Shown: positions 9,648 to 19,811 of the stretch, piece by piece
Layout: the number at the start of each line of letters is the position of its first letter
How positions within the stretch are numbered: position 1 is the first letter of the stretch
DNA from: Bacteroidota bacterium
GTDB taxonomy: Bacteria; Bacteroidota; Bacteroidia; Chitinophagales; Chitinophagaceae
Assembly: GCA_031362085.1 (NCBI GenBank)
Contig: JANLSA010000450.1
Coordinates: forward strand, 1-56,050
Length of the DNA stretch: 56,050 nucleotides
Direction: 5' to 3'
Notes under the pieces: model-generated
Seen by the model: only the letters and a program-made list of their open reading frames with translations
What the model was told of the DNA's origin: nothing
Database searches by the model: none
Made by a program: the position numbers and the translations under genes

Positions 9648-10478
9648 ATGAACCTCTACAAAACCAAAGCCGGTATTGTAATAGAAAAGGAAAATCAATT
9701 CTATTCAATTTCCAATGAAAACTGGGATAGTTTTATTAATGATGATTCTTTGTTTCAAAAATCAGAGCAACTTACTCAATCATTGCCTGCTACTACAGGT
9801 AATCTGCTAAAAGATATACTTGCACCTGTAGGTTCTAACCAGGAATTATGGGCCTGTGGTGTTACATACTTGAGAAGTAAAGTTGGCCGGCAGGAAGAAA
9901 GTAAATCATCAGGTGGTGCAGATTTTTATGCAAAAGTTTATGAAGCGGAAAGACCAGAAGTTTTTTTTAAATCCAGTCCCCATAGAATTGTTGGCACAAA
10001 TGATTTTGTACGGATAAGAAAAGACTCTACCTGGGATGTACCAGAACCAGAGTTGACCTTAGTTGTTACCTCATCAGGAAAAATTATTGGTTACACCATC
10101 GGCAATGATATGAGCAGTCGGAGTATAGAAGGTGAAAATCCTTTGTACCTTCCCCAAGCTAAAACGTATGATAAATGTGCAGCATTGGGACCATGTGTTT
10201 ATGTGACTGATAAACCTCTTGACAGTAACACAATGATTCAACTTGAAATTAAGAGAAATCAGGTAATTGTTTTTAAAGATAATATCGCTATCAGCCAGAT
10301 GAAACGAACAGCAGAAGAACTAGTGTCTTTTGTTTATCGTGAATGTTCTTTTCCGCATGGTTGTTTAATTATGACCGGAACGGGGATTGTACCCGGAAGT
10401 GATTTCACTTTAAAAAGTGGCGATGAAATTAAAATTTCTATTGATGGAATTGGGGAATTGAAAAATATTGTTGAATAA
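9648..10478 (+). CDS. Fumarylacetoacetate hydrolase (FAH) family protein, 2-keto-3-deoxy-pentonate dehydratase (XylX/KdaD)-like
   Basis: The C-terminal half has the FAH pattern (WDVPEPELTLVV...IGNDMSSRSIEG...GTGIVPG). Sits next to the aldonate dehydratase and the lactonase. Confidence 0.75.
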   Translation: MNLYKTKAGIVIEKENQFYSISNENWDSFINDDSLFQKSEQLTQSLPATTGNLLKDILAPVGSNQELWACGVTYLRSKVGRQEESKSSGGADFYAKVYEAERPEVFFKSSPHRIVGTNDFVRIRKDSTWDVPEPELTLVVTSSGKIIGYTIGNDMSSRSIEGENPLYLPQAKTYDKCAALGPCVYVTDKPLDSNTMIQLEIKRNQVIVFKDNIAISQMKRTAEELVSFVYRECSFPHGCLIMTGTGIVPGSDFTLKSGDEIKISIDGIGELKNIVE

Positions 10479-10539
10479 AAACTCATTCATAGTAAACTTT
10501 AATACTCTTTGCCAATTGGCGGAGATGGGGGCTTAATAA

Positions 10540-11853
10540 ATGACATTTATCATCATCTTACTCGCTATTGCATTACAGGTTTTTCTTTCTGTAAAAAAAG
10601 TAAGCCCGTTTATATCACTGATTTTTGTAGCCATACTTACTGGTTTGTGTTTGGGCATTCAACCGGGTGCTTTAATTAAAACAGTGGAAAAAGGAGTAGG
10701 TAGCACATTGGGTGGGTTAGCATTAATCATTTGTCTTGGAGCTATACTGGGAAAGATTTTAGGAATAAGCGGAGCTGCTGAACAAATCTCAGCAACACTT
10801 ATTAAAAGTTTTGGACAAAAAAATATTCAGTGGGCAGTTTTACTCACCGGGTTTTTAATTGGCATACCACTTTATTATAATGCAGGTTTTGTCATTCTTG
10901 TTCCTTTGGTTTTTACATTAGCCAGAAAAACAGGACTGCCATTATTGTACATTGTTATACCGATGGCGGCTTCACTCAGCACCACACATTGTTTTTTGCC
11001 TCCCCATCCAGGCCCCGTTGTTTTGGTAAATGCATTTCATGCAAATATGGGAATGGTTCTTATTTATGGAATCATTATCGCTATACCAACAGTTATCATT
11101 GCGGGTCCTTTTCTTGGACGAATATTGCAAAGAATTAAAACAGATACGACTTCATTATTTTCAACTGAAGAAAATTCAGCAATAAAAAAATTACCCGGAG
11201 TATTTCCAAGTTTTATGATTGCATTGCTCCCGGTTTTTTTAATTACACTATCTGTACTTGCCAATACATTTCTTACAGAACCGTCTCTTTTTAAAACAAC
11301 TATCTTATTTATCGGCGATTCAACAATAGCATTACTCGTTTCGGTAATTGCAGCTATTTACTTTTTTGGATTACGAAACGGGCATAAAATGGAAACGGTA
11401 ATGAAATGGTTAAGCGATGCGATTGCTGGTATTGCTATGATTTTATTAATTATTACTGCGGGCGGCGTATTTAAACAAGTGCTGATTGATAGCGGCACTG
11501 GAGAATATATTGCATCCTTCAGTACAAAATGGCAAATGCCGCCATTACTATTTGGATGGGTTATAACGGCATTATTGCGAGTGGCAATTGGTTCTGCAAC
11601 AGTTGCTGGCATTACTGCTGCAGGAATCGTTTCTCCTTTAGTAGTTTCTGGCGTTGTCTCACCGGAGTTGATGGTATTGGCAGTTGGTGCAGGCAGTGTA
11701 TTCGGATCTCATATCAACGATTCGGGTTTTTGGATGTTCAAAGAATTTTTCAGACTAACACTTAAACAAACATTTCTTTCGTGGACAGTAATGGAAACTA
11801 TTATTTCTATTTTGGGTTTACTAGGTGTTTTACTACTTGAACTGTTTATATAG
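10540..11853 (+). CDS. GntP family (gluconate/aldonate:H+) permease
   Basis: 437-aa polytopic membrane protein. VEKGVGSTLGGLALIICLGAILGKIL and AGGVFKQVL are typical of GntP. Confidence 0.85.
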   Translation: MTFIIILLAIALQVFLSVKKVSPFISLIFVAILTGLCLGIQPGALIKTVEKGVGSTLGGLALIICLGAILGKILGISGAAEQISATLIKSFGQKNIQWAVLLTGFLIGIPLYYNAGFVILVPLVFTLARKTGLPLLYIVIPMAASLSTTHCFLPPHPGPVVLVNAFHANMGMVLIYGIIIAIPTVIIAGPFLGRILQRIKTDTTSLFSTEENSAIKKLPGVFPSFMIALLPVFLITLSVLANTFLTEPSLFKTTILFIGDSTIALLVSVIAAIYFFGLRNGHKMETVMKWLSDAIAGIAMILLIITAGGVFKQVLIDSGTGEYIASFSTKWQMPPLLFGWVITALLRVAIGSATVAGITAAGIVSPLVVSGVVSPELMVLAVGAGSVFGSHINDSGFWMFKEFFRLTLKQTFLSWTVMETIISILGLLGVLLLELFI

Positions 11854-11858
11854 TTTTT

Positions 11859-13001
11859 ATGAAAAAAATATCTTCCATTTTATGTTTAATTGTTATTTGT
11901 ATTATATATGTAAAATGCAACAGCAGCAGGCGGGCACAAACACACTCAGCTGCTAACAGCACATTAAAGGATGTTTATAAAGATTATTTTACAATCGGCG
12001 TTGCTGTTTCACCACAATCATTAAAAACAGATGAAGCAGGTTTAATAATTGAACAGTTTGGAAGTTTGACTCCAGAGAATGCAATGAAGATGGGACCTGT
12101 TCATCCGCAGGAAAAATTTTACAATTGGGCTGGAGGTGATTCGATTGCTGCATTTGCAAAACGAAATAATATGAAACTTCGTGGACATTGTTTATGCTGG
12201 CATAACCAGGTACCAGGTTGGTTTTTTACTGATTCATCAACGGTCCCAGCAAAACAAGTGAATAAGGAAGTTTTGTTATTGCGGTTGAAAGAACATATCA
12301 CTTCAGTTGTTTCGAGATATAAAGGAACTATCTATGCATGGGATGTAGTGAATGAAGTGATATCTGATAAAGCAGATGAATATTTCCGCCCTTCATTATT
12401 TTACCAGATCTGCGGCGAAGATTATGTTGAAAAAGCATTTGAATATGCACATGCAGCAGATCCCAATGCATTATTATTTTATAACGACTATAATGAAATC
12501 TCTCCTGTAAAAAGAGAAAAAATTATTAAGATGGTTAAAGGGTTGCAGGCAAAAGGAATTCCGATTCATGGAATTGGATTACAGGCACATTGGGCAACCA
12601 ATGAACCATCAGGCGAACAATTAGAAAAAACACTGGAAGATTTCTCAAAGCTTGATTTAAAAATACAAATTACAGAACTGGATATATCTGTGTATCCAAA
12701 ACAACACGAATCAAGAGAAAGAAAAGCTTCGGATTATGATACCACGTTTACTCCTGAAAAAGAAATGAAGCAACAGCAGGTTTATCAAATGTGTTTTAAG
12801 TTATTCAGAAAATACAAAGAACATATTACGGGTATTACATTCTGGAACATTTCTGACCGCCACAGTTGGTTAGATAATTTTCCGGTAAGAGAAAGAAAAG
12901 ATTATCCGTTATTATTTGATAAAAACTTAAAAAGGAAAAAAGCTTTTTGGGATGTAGTGAATTTTGATAGTGGCAAGCCCGAAGCAACAAAAGCTTTTTA
13001 A
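11859..13001 (+). CDS. Endo-1,4-beta-xylanase, glycoside hydrolase family 10, secreted or lipoprotein
   Basis: GH10 catalytic motifs WDVVNE (acid/base) and ITELDIS (nucleophile). N-terminal signal ending in C. Confidence 0.9.
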   Translation: MKKISSILCLIVICIIYVKCNSSRRAQTHSAANSTLKDVYKDYFTIGVAVSPQSLKTDEAGLIIEQFGSLTPENAMKMGPVHPQEKFYNWAGGDSIAAFAKRNNMKLRGHCLCWHNQVPGWFFTDSSTVPAKQVNKEVLLLRLKEHITSVVSRYKGTIYAWDVVNEVISDKADEYFRPSLFYQICGEDYVEKAFEYAHAADPNALLFYNDYNEISPVKREKIIKMVKGLQAKGIPIHGIGLQAHWATNEPSGEQLEKTLEDFSKLDLKIQITELDISVYPKQHESRERKASDYDTTFTPEKEMKQQQVYQMCFKLFRKYKEHITGITFWNISDRHSWLDNFPVRERKDYPLLFDKNLKRKKAFWDVVNFDSGKPEATKAF

Positions 13002-13003
13002 AA

Positions 13004-13243
13004 TTATTTTATCTCTTCATATTCGATATAATCACCGGGTTTCTCCATTGTCTTTTTCGGTTGCTCAGGCTTTGTTGTTTGTTCTTGTTGTTGATTCATA
13101 TGATCATTCATCCGCTCATTCATTTCCCGGAATCCCTTTTTTACCTGTTTGGTAGTACGATAAACAGGAACTATTACATCAAAAATAATTTTATAAGCCA
13201 GGTAAAACAGGAAGGCATAAAGTAGAATTCTAAAAACTGACAT
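13004..13243 (-). CDS. DUF4834-like small membrane protein
   Basis: MSVFRILLYAFLFYLAYKIIF TM helix followed by a polar, Q/E/K-rich tail ending GDYIEYEEI. The ORF is open to 13300, but the ATG at 13243 fits the family. Confidence 0.7.
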   Translation of the reverse strand: MSVFRILLYAFLFYLAYKIIFDVIVPVYRTTKQVKKGFREMNERMNDHMNQQQEQTTKPEQPKKTMEKPGDYIEYEEIK

Positions 13244-13355
13244 ATGCAAATTTAAGGAGGGATTACAAAAGAGAGGCGTTTCTATAACTAAGGGGGCCAT
13301 ACTTTAAATAATTATTTACTTTTCATAAAATTTTGGCTGAAAGCCGCCACATCCT

Positions 13356-13363
13356 TACATTTG
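13356..13363 (+). promoter_or_regulatory. Bacteroidota -7 promoter box (TAnnTTTG) for the rimP-nusA-infB operon
   Basis: tacatttg lies 55 nt upstream of the rimP ATG in a divergent intergenic region. Confidence 0.5.
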
Positions 13364-13378
13364 TGCCAGAAAGCTAGC

Positions 13379-13404
13379 AGAAGGGAACGAATTCGTTCCC
13401 TTCT
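13379..13404 (+). promoter_or_regulatory. Perfect 26-nt palindrome in the rimP-nusA-infB leader (candidate attenuator or leader hairpin)
   Basis: agaagggaacgaattcgttcccttct is followed by T-rich tcattttc and ends 14 nt before the rimP ATG. Confidence 0.5.
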
Positions 13405-13417
13405 TCATTTTCAATTC

Positions 13418-13888
13418 ATGAATGAAGGCAAACAAATACAAGTTCTGGAAAAAATTATTGGTAGTATTATAGACGCTACACCCGGTATTTTCCTGGTAGA
13501 AATGAAGATGCTACCCGGTAATAATATTAAGGTGTTTGTAGATGGAGACAACGGCGTATCAATTGACAAATTAGTCAAATACAACCGCAGTTTTTACAAA
13601 CAAATTGAAGAAAATGGCTTTTTCCCGGATGGCGATTTTTCATTAGAAGTTTCATCGCCAGGGCTTGATGAACCATTGATACTGCACCGCCAGTATTTGA
13701 AAAATATAAACCGGGATGTGGAAGTGGTAATGAAAGATGGAATTAAGTTAGAAGGGAAAATGGTGAGTGTACTGGAAAATGAAATAGTAATAAACGAAGA
13801 AAAAGGGAAAGGGAAAAAAAAGCAAACGATTGCTCACACCCTTCCTTATTCAGATATAAAATCAACTATAATAAAAATAAAATTTTGA
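13418..13888 (+). CDS. rimP: Ribosome maturation factor RimP
   Basis: FLVEMKM...IKVFVDGDNGVSIDK...LEVSSPGLDEPL motif; directly upstream of nusA. The ATG at 13418 is preferred over the upstream alternative start at 13361. Confidence 0.88.
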   Translation: MNEGKQIQVLEKIIGSIIDATPGIFLVEMKMLPGNNIKVFVDGDNGVSIDKLVKYNRSFYKQIEENGFFPDGDFSLEVSSPGLDEPLILHRQYLKNINRDVEVVMKDGIKLEGKMVSVLENEIVINEEKGKGKKKQTIAHTLPYSDIKSTIIKIKF

Positions 13889-13951
13889 CGATTCAGCAGC
13901 AAGTTCCGGCAACCTGTAATTTGCGATCTGAAATTTTAAATCGAAAACGTT

Positions 13952-15198
13952 ATGGCAAGTATCAATTTAATTGAAGCGTTTCAGGAATTTAAAGATGCGG
14001 AAAATATTGACCGCCCTACCATGATGAAAGTGGTGGAAGATGTTTTTAAACATTGCTTCGCAAAAAATATGGCAGCGACGAAAATTTTGATGTAATCGTA
14101 AATGCTGAAAAAGGCGATTTGGAAATCATACGTCGTCGTATGATTGTGGAAGATGGACAAGTAGAAGATCCATTAGCACAGATTGCATACAGCGATGCGG
14201 TAAAAATTGAACCCGATTTTGAAGTGGGTGAGGAATTATACCAGGAAATTGATTTGTTTGATTTTGGTCGCCGTGCTATTCTTGCTGCGAAACAAACACT
14301 GGCAAGCCGCATCAGCGATTTGAAGAAAAATGTATTGGCAAAAAAATATGGCGAACGGGTAGGCGATATTGTAAACGCAGAAGTTTACCAGGTTTGGAAA
14401 AAAGAAATTTTATTGCTTGACGAAGAAGGGAATGAATTGATATTGCCCAAAAGCGAACAGATACCACAAGACTATTTTAAAAAAGGAGAAAGCATCCGAG
14501 CTGTTGTAGCCAGGGTAGATATGAAAAATAATTCCCCGGTAATTATTTTATCAAGAACTGCCCCCGAGTTTCTGGCGAAATTGCTTGAAATAGAAGTACC
14601 TGAAATTTTTGATGGTTTAATTGTTATTAAAAAAATTGTTCGGGATCCGGGAGAAAGAGCAAAAGTTGCCGTAGAGTCTTTTGATGATCGTATTGATCCG
14701 GTTGGCGCATGCGTAGGTATGAAGGGAAGCCGGATTCATGGCATTGTTCGTGAATTAAAAAATGAAAATATTGATGTTATCAACTGGACAGCTAATACGC
14801 AGTTACTAATCCAGCGATCTTTAACACCTTCTAAAATTACCAGCATGGATCTGGATCAGGATAAAAAACATGCAAGTGTTTTTCTAAAACCCGATCAGGT
14901 TTCATTGGCTATCGGCCGCCGGGGTGTAAATATTAAATTAGCTTGTGAACTGACCGGATATGAAATTGATGTCTTCCGCGATAATGAAGGAGAAGTAGAA
15001 GAGTTTGATATAGACCTGGAAGAATTTAGCGATGAAATAGAACCCTGGGTAATAGAAGCATTAAAGAAAATTGGTTGTGATACCGGAAGAAGTGTTATGG
15101 CATTAACAGCAGAAGAGTTAGAACGCCGTACCGATCTTGAAAAAGAGACAATTGCGGAAGTAAGAAAAGTACTGGAAGAAGAATTTAAGCAAGAATAA
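13952..15198 (+). CDS. nusA: Transcription termination/antitermination factor NusA, interrupted by an apparent 1-nt frame break near 14045-14053
   Basis: The ATG at 13952 gives MASINLIEAFQEFKDAENIDRPTMMKVVEDVFK (NusA N-terminus) and stops at 14093-14095. The NusA body (LLRKKYGSDENFDVIVN..., S1 and KH domains) runs in the adjacent frame from 14053 to 15198. Confidence 0.85.
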
Positions 15199-15274
15199 AA
15201 AAGTGAGTTGTGAATTGCGACTAATTAATTACCCGCAATTCATCATTAACTCTAAGACAATCTAAAAAAACTGA

Positions 15275-18130
15275 ATGGCAGAATTAAAACTACCGAGATT
15301 ATTAGCAGCCGCCAAAGAATTTAACATTGGCCAGGATACGTTAATTGATTTTCTCATCGGCAAGGGGTTTCCAAAAGACGATTTGAAACCAACTTCAAAG
15401 ATGACGGAAGAAATGTACCGTGCCCTGCAAAACGAATTTTCGAGTGATAAGGCAGCAAAAATAAAAAGCAATGCGGTCGATCTGCCAAAGGGTGGAATAG
15501 CCGAAGCCAAAAAGAAAAAAGAAGAAGAAGAAATTTATTTTGGTAAAGAAGGTAAGAAGATTGTTAAACAGGAACAGCCTGTTGTACCAGCAGAAGAAGT
15601 AAAGCCGGTGATTGTAAAGAAAGAAGAACCTAAACCAGTTGAAGAAATTACAAAAGTTGAATCTCCGGAAATAGAAGCTCCCAAAGTATTAGATAAAATC
15701 GATCTTTCTACCATCGACTCTTCTACAAGACCAAAGAAAATTATAAAGAAAAAGAAAGATGATGCCACACCGGCTGAAGAAGAGAAACCGGTAGAAGAGA
15801 AAAAATCAGGAAAAGCGGAATCAAAGAAAAAATCAAAAAAAGAAATTCAGGAAATACCCTTAATTGTTGAAAAAGCGGAAGACCCTATAGAGGAAGATGG
15901 ACCTCGGGTAATAGAAAACATAAGAGCCGATAAATTAGAGGGCCCAAAAATTTTAGGTAAAATAGATTTGCCAATAGATAGCGATACGAGACCAAAAAAA
16001 GATGAGAAAAGAAAACGCAAACGTATTCCTATCGAGAAGAAAGATACTCCGCAACAGGACAACCGTGGCGGAAACAGGCCACAACAAGGTGGCGGATTTC
16101 AAAGAGGCGGCGGAGATAGAAGAGGTGCTGCACCAACCGGTACAGGTGCACCGCGTCGGGATCTTCGTGGTGGAACTAGTGGTGCAACCGGTGGAAGAAG
16201 AGAAGAGAAACAAATAGATGTAAAAGAGATTCAGGAAAAAATAAGACAGACACAAGCTAAACTTACCGGTGGCTCTGGTCGTGGTAAGAGTATGAAAGCA
16301 AAAATGCGCCGCGAGAAAAGAAATGAAATGGCAGAATCGATGGGCGAACAAGTGGATGATAAAAGATTGCAGCTTACAGAATTTATCAGTGTAAGCGAGT
16401 TGGCAAGTTTGATGGATGTAAGTTTTGCCGATGTAATCAGTAAGTGTATGGGTCTTGGTATCATGGTTTCTATTAATCAGCGTTTGGATGCAGAAGTGAT
16501 TGAATTAGTAGCAAGCGAATTTGGATTCAACGTTGAGTTTATTGATATGGAAAAACAAATGGAGATGGAAGAATCAGATGACGAAGATGACGAGGAAGAT
16601 CTTCAGCCACGTTCACCAATCGTTACCATCATGGGTCACGTGGATCATGGTAAAACATCATTGCTGGATTATATACGTAGAGAAAATGTTGTTGCTGGTG
16701 AAGCGGGTGGTATCACTCAGCACATCGGTGCCTACCAGGTTACTTTACAAAACGGGAAAGAAATTACATTCCTCGATACACCGGGTCACGAAGCATTTAC
16801 AGCCATGCGTGCCAGAGGTGCCAAGGTTACAGATATTGCAGTAATTGTAGTAGCGGCAGATGATGCAGTAATGCCTCAAACACGTGAAGCAATCAGTCAT
16901 GCTCAGGCTGCGAATGTGCCCATGATTTTTGCAATAAATAAAATAGATAAAGACGGAGCTAATTCTCAAAAAATTTACGAGCAACTTTCATCTATGAATA
17001 TTTTAGTGGAAGCTTGGGGTGGTAAATTTCAAAGCCAGGAATTATCGGCTAAAAAAGGATTGAATGTTGACTTGTTATTAGAGAAAATTTTATTAGAAGC
17101 AGAGTTATTGGAACTTAAAGCAAACCCCGATCGTGAAGCAGTTGGTACAATCATCGAAGCATCATTGGATAAAGGCCGGGGTTATGTTGCTACTGTTTTA
17201 GTTGAAAACGGAACATTGAAATTAGGTGATCTTGTGGTAAGTGGTCAACACTATGGCCGTATCAAAGCCATGTTCAATGAAAGAACGAAGAAAGAAACAA
17301 AAGCAGGTCCTGCATCACCGGTATTAATTCTTGGATTGAACGGTGCACCACAAGCCGGCGAAAAGTTTAAAGTGTATGAAGATGAGGCCGAAGCAAAAGA
17401 AGTAGCAAACCGTCGTGCACAAATTTTACGAGAGCAGGGCATCCGGACTAAAAAACATATTACACTCGATGAAATAGGAAGACGCCTGGCACTTGGAAAC
17501 TTTAAAGAGTTGAATGTAATTATTAAAGGCGATGTGGATGGATCGGTAGAAGCATTAAGCGACAGCTTACAAAAATTAAGTACGCAGGAAATTGTGGTGA
17601 AAGTAATTCATAAAGCAGTTGGTCAGATTACGGAGAGTGATGTTACGCTGGCAAATGCATCCGATGCAATTATATTAGGGTTCAACGTACGTCCATCATT
17701 ACAGGCATCGAAGCTGGCAGAAAACGAAGCAATTGAAATAAAATTATATTCTATCATTTACAATGCCATTGAAGAAATTAAGAGTGCAATGGAAGGAATG
17801 CTGGAGCCAACCGTTCAGGAAAAAATTGTGGCGAATGTGGAAATACGGGAGGTGTATAAATTTGATAAAGCAACCGTTGCCGGATGTTATGTACGGGATG
17901 GTAAATTAAAACGTGATTCTAAAATCCGTCTTATTCGTGATGGTATTGTTGTATATCCGACAGCAGAAGGTGTAACAGCAGAGCTTGGCTCATTGAAACG
18001 ATTTAAAGATGATGCGAAGGAAGTAGTGAGCAATATGGAATGCGGATTAACTATAAAAAATTACAGCGATTATAAAGTGGGTGATGTGGTAGAGGCTTAT
18101 GAGCAGGAAGAAGTGAAAAGAACATTGTAA
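15275..18130 (+). CDS. infB: Translation initiation factor IF-2
   Basis: GTPase motifs [20 protein letters not shown] and NKID. Long K/E/P- and RGG-rich N-terminal region. Follows nusA. Confidence 0.95.
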   Translation: MAELKLPRLLAAAKEFNIGQDTLIDFLIGKGFPKDDLKPTSKMTEEMYRALQNEFSSDKAAKIKSNAVDLPKGGIAEAKKKKEEEEIYFGKEGKKIVKQEQPVVPAEEVKPVIVKKEEPKPVEEITKVESPEIEAPKVLDKIDLSTIDSSTRPKKIIKKKKDDATPAEEEKPVEEKKSGKAESKKKSKKEIQEIPLIVEKAEDPIEEDGPRVIENIRADKLEGPKILGKIDLPIDSDTRPKKDEKRKRKRIPIEKKDTPQQDNRGGNRPQQGGGFQRGGGDRRGAAPTGTGAPRRDLRGGTSGATGGRREEKQIDVKEIQEKIRQTQAKLTGGSGRGKSMKAKMRREKRNEMAESMGEQVDDKRLQLTEFISVSELASLMDVSFADVISKCMGLGIMVSINQRLDAEVIELVASEFGFNVEFIDMEKQMEMEESDDEDDEEDLQPRSPIVTIMGHVDHGKTSLLDYIRRENVVAGEAGGITQHIGAYQVTLQNGKEITFLDTPGHEAFTAMRARGAKVTDIAVIVVAADDAVMPQTREAISHAQAANVPMIFAINKIDKDGANSQKIYEQLSSMNILVEAWGGKFQSQELSAKKGLNVDLLLEKILLEAELLELKANPDREAVGTIIEASLDKGRGYVATVLVENGTLKLGDLVVSGQHYGRIKAMFNERTKKETKAGPASPVLILGLNGAPQAGEKFKVYEDEAEAKEVANRRAQILREQGIRTKKHITLDEIGRRLALGNFKELNVIIKGDVDGSVEALSDSLQKLSTQEIVVKVIHKAVGQITESDVTLANASDAIILGFNVRPSLQASKLAENEAIEIKLYSIIYNAIEEIKSAMEGMLEPTVQEKIVANVEIREVYKFDKATVAGCYVRDGKLKRDSKIRLIRDGIVVYPTAEGVTAELGSLKRFKDDAKEVVSNMECGLTIKNYSDYKVGDVVEAYEQEEVKRTL

Positions 18131-18249
18131 GCCGAAAGCTTTAAGACAAATACATTTTTTGCTTGCAGCTTGAAGCGTAATACTTGAAGCTTCTCCCAAA
18201 ACTTTTGTTAAATACCCTAACAGTGGCTGATAAACAGGGTAACTGAATT

Positions 18250-18257
18250 TATTTTTG
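18250..18257 (+). promoter_or_regulatory. TAnnTTTG -7 box directly upstream of the SurA-like gene
   Basis: tatttttg ends 5 nt before the ATG at 18263, implying a very short or absent leader. Confidence 0.4.
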
Positions 18258-18262
18258 AATTT

Positions 18263-19639
18263 ATGCGAAACTTAAAAAATATTCTGACTGCATTTTCTTT
18301 GTTGTTTTTGTTTGCAAACTCAACAAATGCACAACCTCTAAAAGTAGTAGCCGATAAAGTGATTGCTGTTGTTGGCGACAGAATCATTCTTTATTCTGAT
18401 ATAAGAAACTCGATTCTGGATGCACAACGCCAGGGTGCGGAAGTGCCGCCGAATGCTGAATGCGTTTTATTGGAGCAGGCATTGGTTTCGAAAGTACTGA
18501 TGATACAGGCAGAAAAAGATTCATTGCCGGTAACAGATGAGGAAGTAGAAGCAGAATTGGAACAAAGAATACGGTATTTCGTTGGTCAGGTTGGCACCAT
18601 CGAGGCATTGGAAGAAATGGCGGGTAAAACAGTTTATCAGATAAAAGATGATGCAAGAGAAAGTGTAAAAGAAAGAAAGCTGGCAGAGGCTATGCAACGG
18701 AAAATTGTGGAGAAGGTGACCATAACACCCAACGAAGTAAAAACATTTTTTGAAAAACTTTCGAAAGACAGTTTGCCATTTTTCGAATCGGAACTGGAAG
18801 TAGGTCAGATTATTTCATATCCCAAACCAAGCCGGGATCTGGAAAAATATATTATAGATGAAATGAATAATTACCGCCGTCAGTTATTGAACAAGACAGC
18901 AACATTTGATCAAATGGCAAAACGGTTTTCCGAAGACGAAGGAACAAAAGACAGAGGCGGATTATTTCAAATGAACAGAGGTGATAAAGGAGTTGATCCT
19001 GTTTTTCTCTCTACCGCCTTTCGCCTTAAAATAGATTCTATTTCACCTCCGGTAAAATCCAAATTCGGTTTTCATATTATACAGATGATAGAACGTAACG
19101 GAGACGAAGCTACTGTAAAACATATATTACGTTTTGTACCCATCACCGATTTAGAAATGGGACAATCCAGACAGAAATTAGATACAGTACGTACTAAAAT
19201 ACTGGCAGGCAAATTAGAATTCAACGAGGCAGCCTTGAAATACAGTGATGATGAATCAGTAAAATTTTCAAGCCCCTTCTTCAAAGCACAGGATGGTTCT
19301 ACCTATGTTACCATCGATCAATTGGATAAAGATGTGGTGGCACAAATAACAAAAATGAAAGTTGGCGATATTTCGTTACCCATGAACTTTGAAGATGAAC
19401 GGAAAAAGAAAGGTGTAAAAATTATTTATTTTAAAAGCCGCACCGAACCACACCGCATGAACATGAAAGATGATTACAGCCGGATTTCTCAAATGGCATT
19501 GGAGCAAAAAAAATCGAAGGTGCTAGATAAATGGTTTAAAGAAAAACTACCTGCAAACCATATTGAAGTTGCAGACGAAAACAGAGCATCTTGCAGCAAC
19601 CTGGAAAAATTATTAGGCAAGGAAATAAAAGGGTTTTAA
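18263..19639 (+). CDS. SurA-like periplasmic chaperone / PpiC-type peptidyl-prolyl isomerase
   Basis: Signal peptide, a SurA N-terminal-like segment (VIAVVGDRIILYSDI), and the parvulin motif SKFGFHIIQM. Confidence 0.8.
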   Translation: MRNLKNILTAFSLLFLFANSTNAQPLKVVADKVIAVVGDRIILYSDIRNSILDAQRQGAEVPPNAECVLLEQALVSKVLMIQAEKDSLPVTDEEVEAELEQRIRYFVGQVGTIEALEEMAGKTVYQIKDDARESVKERKLAEAMQRKIVEKVTITPNEVKTFFEKLSKDSLPFFESELEVGQIISYPKPSRDLEKYIIDEMNNYRRQLLNKTATFDQMAKRFSEDEGTKDRGGLFQMNRGDKGVDPVFLSTAFRLKIDSISPPVKSKFGFHIIQMIERNGDEATVKHILRFVPITDLEMGQSRQKLDTVRTKILAGKLEFNEAALKYSDDESVKFSSPFFKAQDGSTYVTIDQLDKDVVAQITKMKVGDISLPMNFEDERKKKGVKIIYFKSRTEPHRMNMKDDYSRISQMALEQKKSKVLDKWFKEKLPANHIEVADENRASCSNLEKLLGKEIKGF

Positions 19640-19663
19640 AAGAATCTTTTTTTAAATATTTTA

Positions 19664-19696
19664 CAAACCCCGCTGAATGGCGGGGTTTGTTGTTTG
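19664..19696 (+). terminator. Rho-independent terminator after the SurA-like gene
   Basis: caaaccccgc-tgaatg-gcggggtttg (10-bp stem) followed by ttgtttg. Confidence 0.75.
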
Positions 19697-19811
19697 TCGA
19701 ATATTATTAAAACCAACCACTGCAAAAAAACAGGAATGATTACCTTTCCAGTAGATGAAATAAAAAGTTCAATAAGCGATGATGTTTTTTTTGTAAAATA
19801 TTTCTATAACC

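Noticed and set aside
14042-14053. Programmed -1 ribosomal frameshift in nusA. The tract tttttaaac contains the classic U_UUA_AAC slippery heptamer.
   Set aside because: The heptamer is in the wrong register. The incoming frame reads UUU AAA, not UUA AAC, and the target frame has a TAA at 14047-14049. I saw no obvious downstream stimulatory structure. A homopolymer indel is the simpler explanation.
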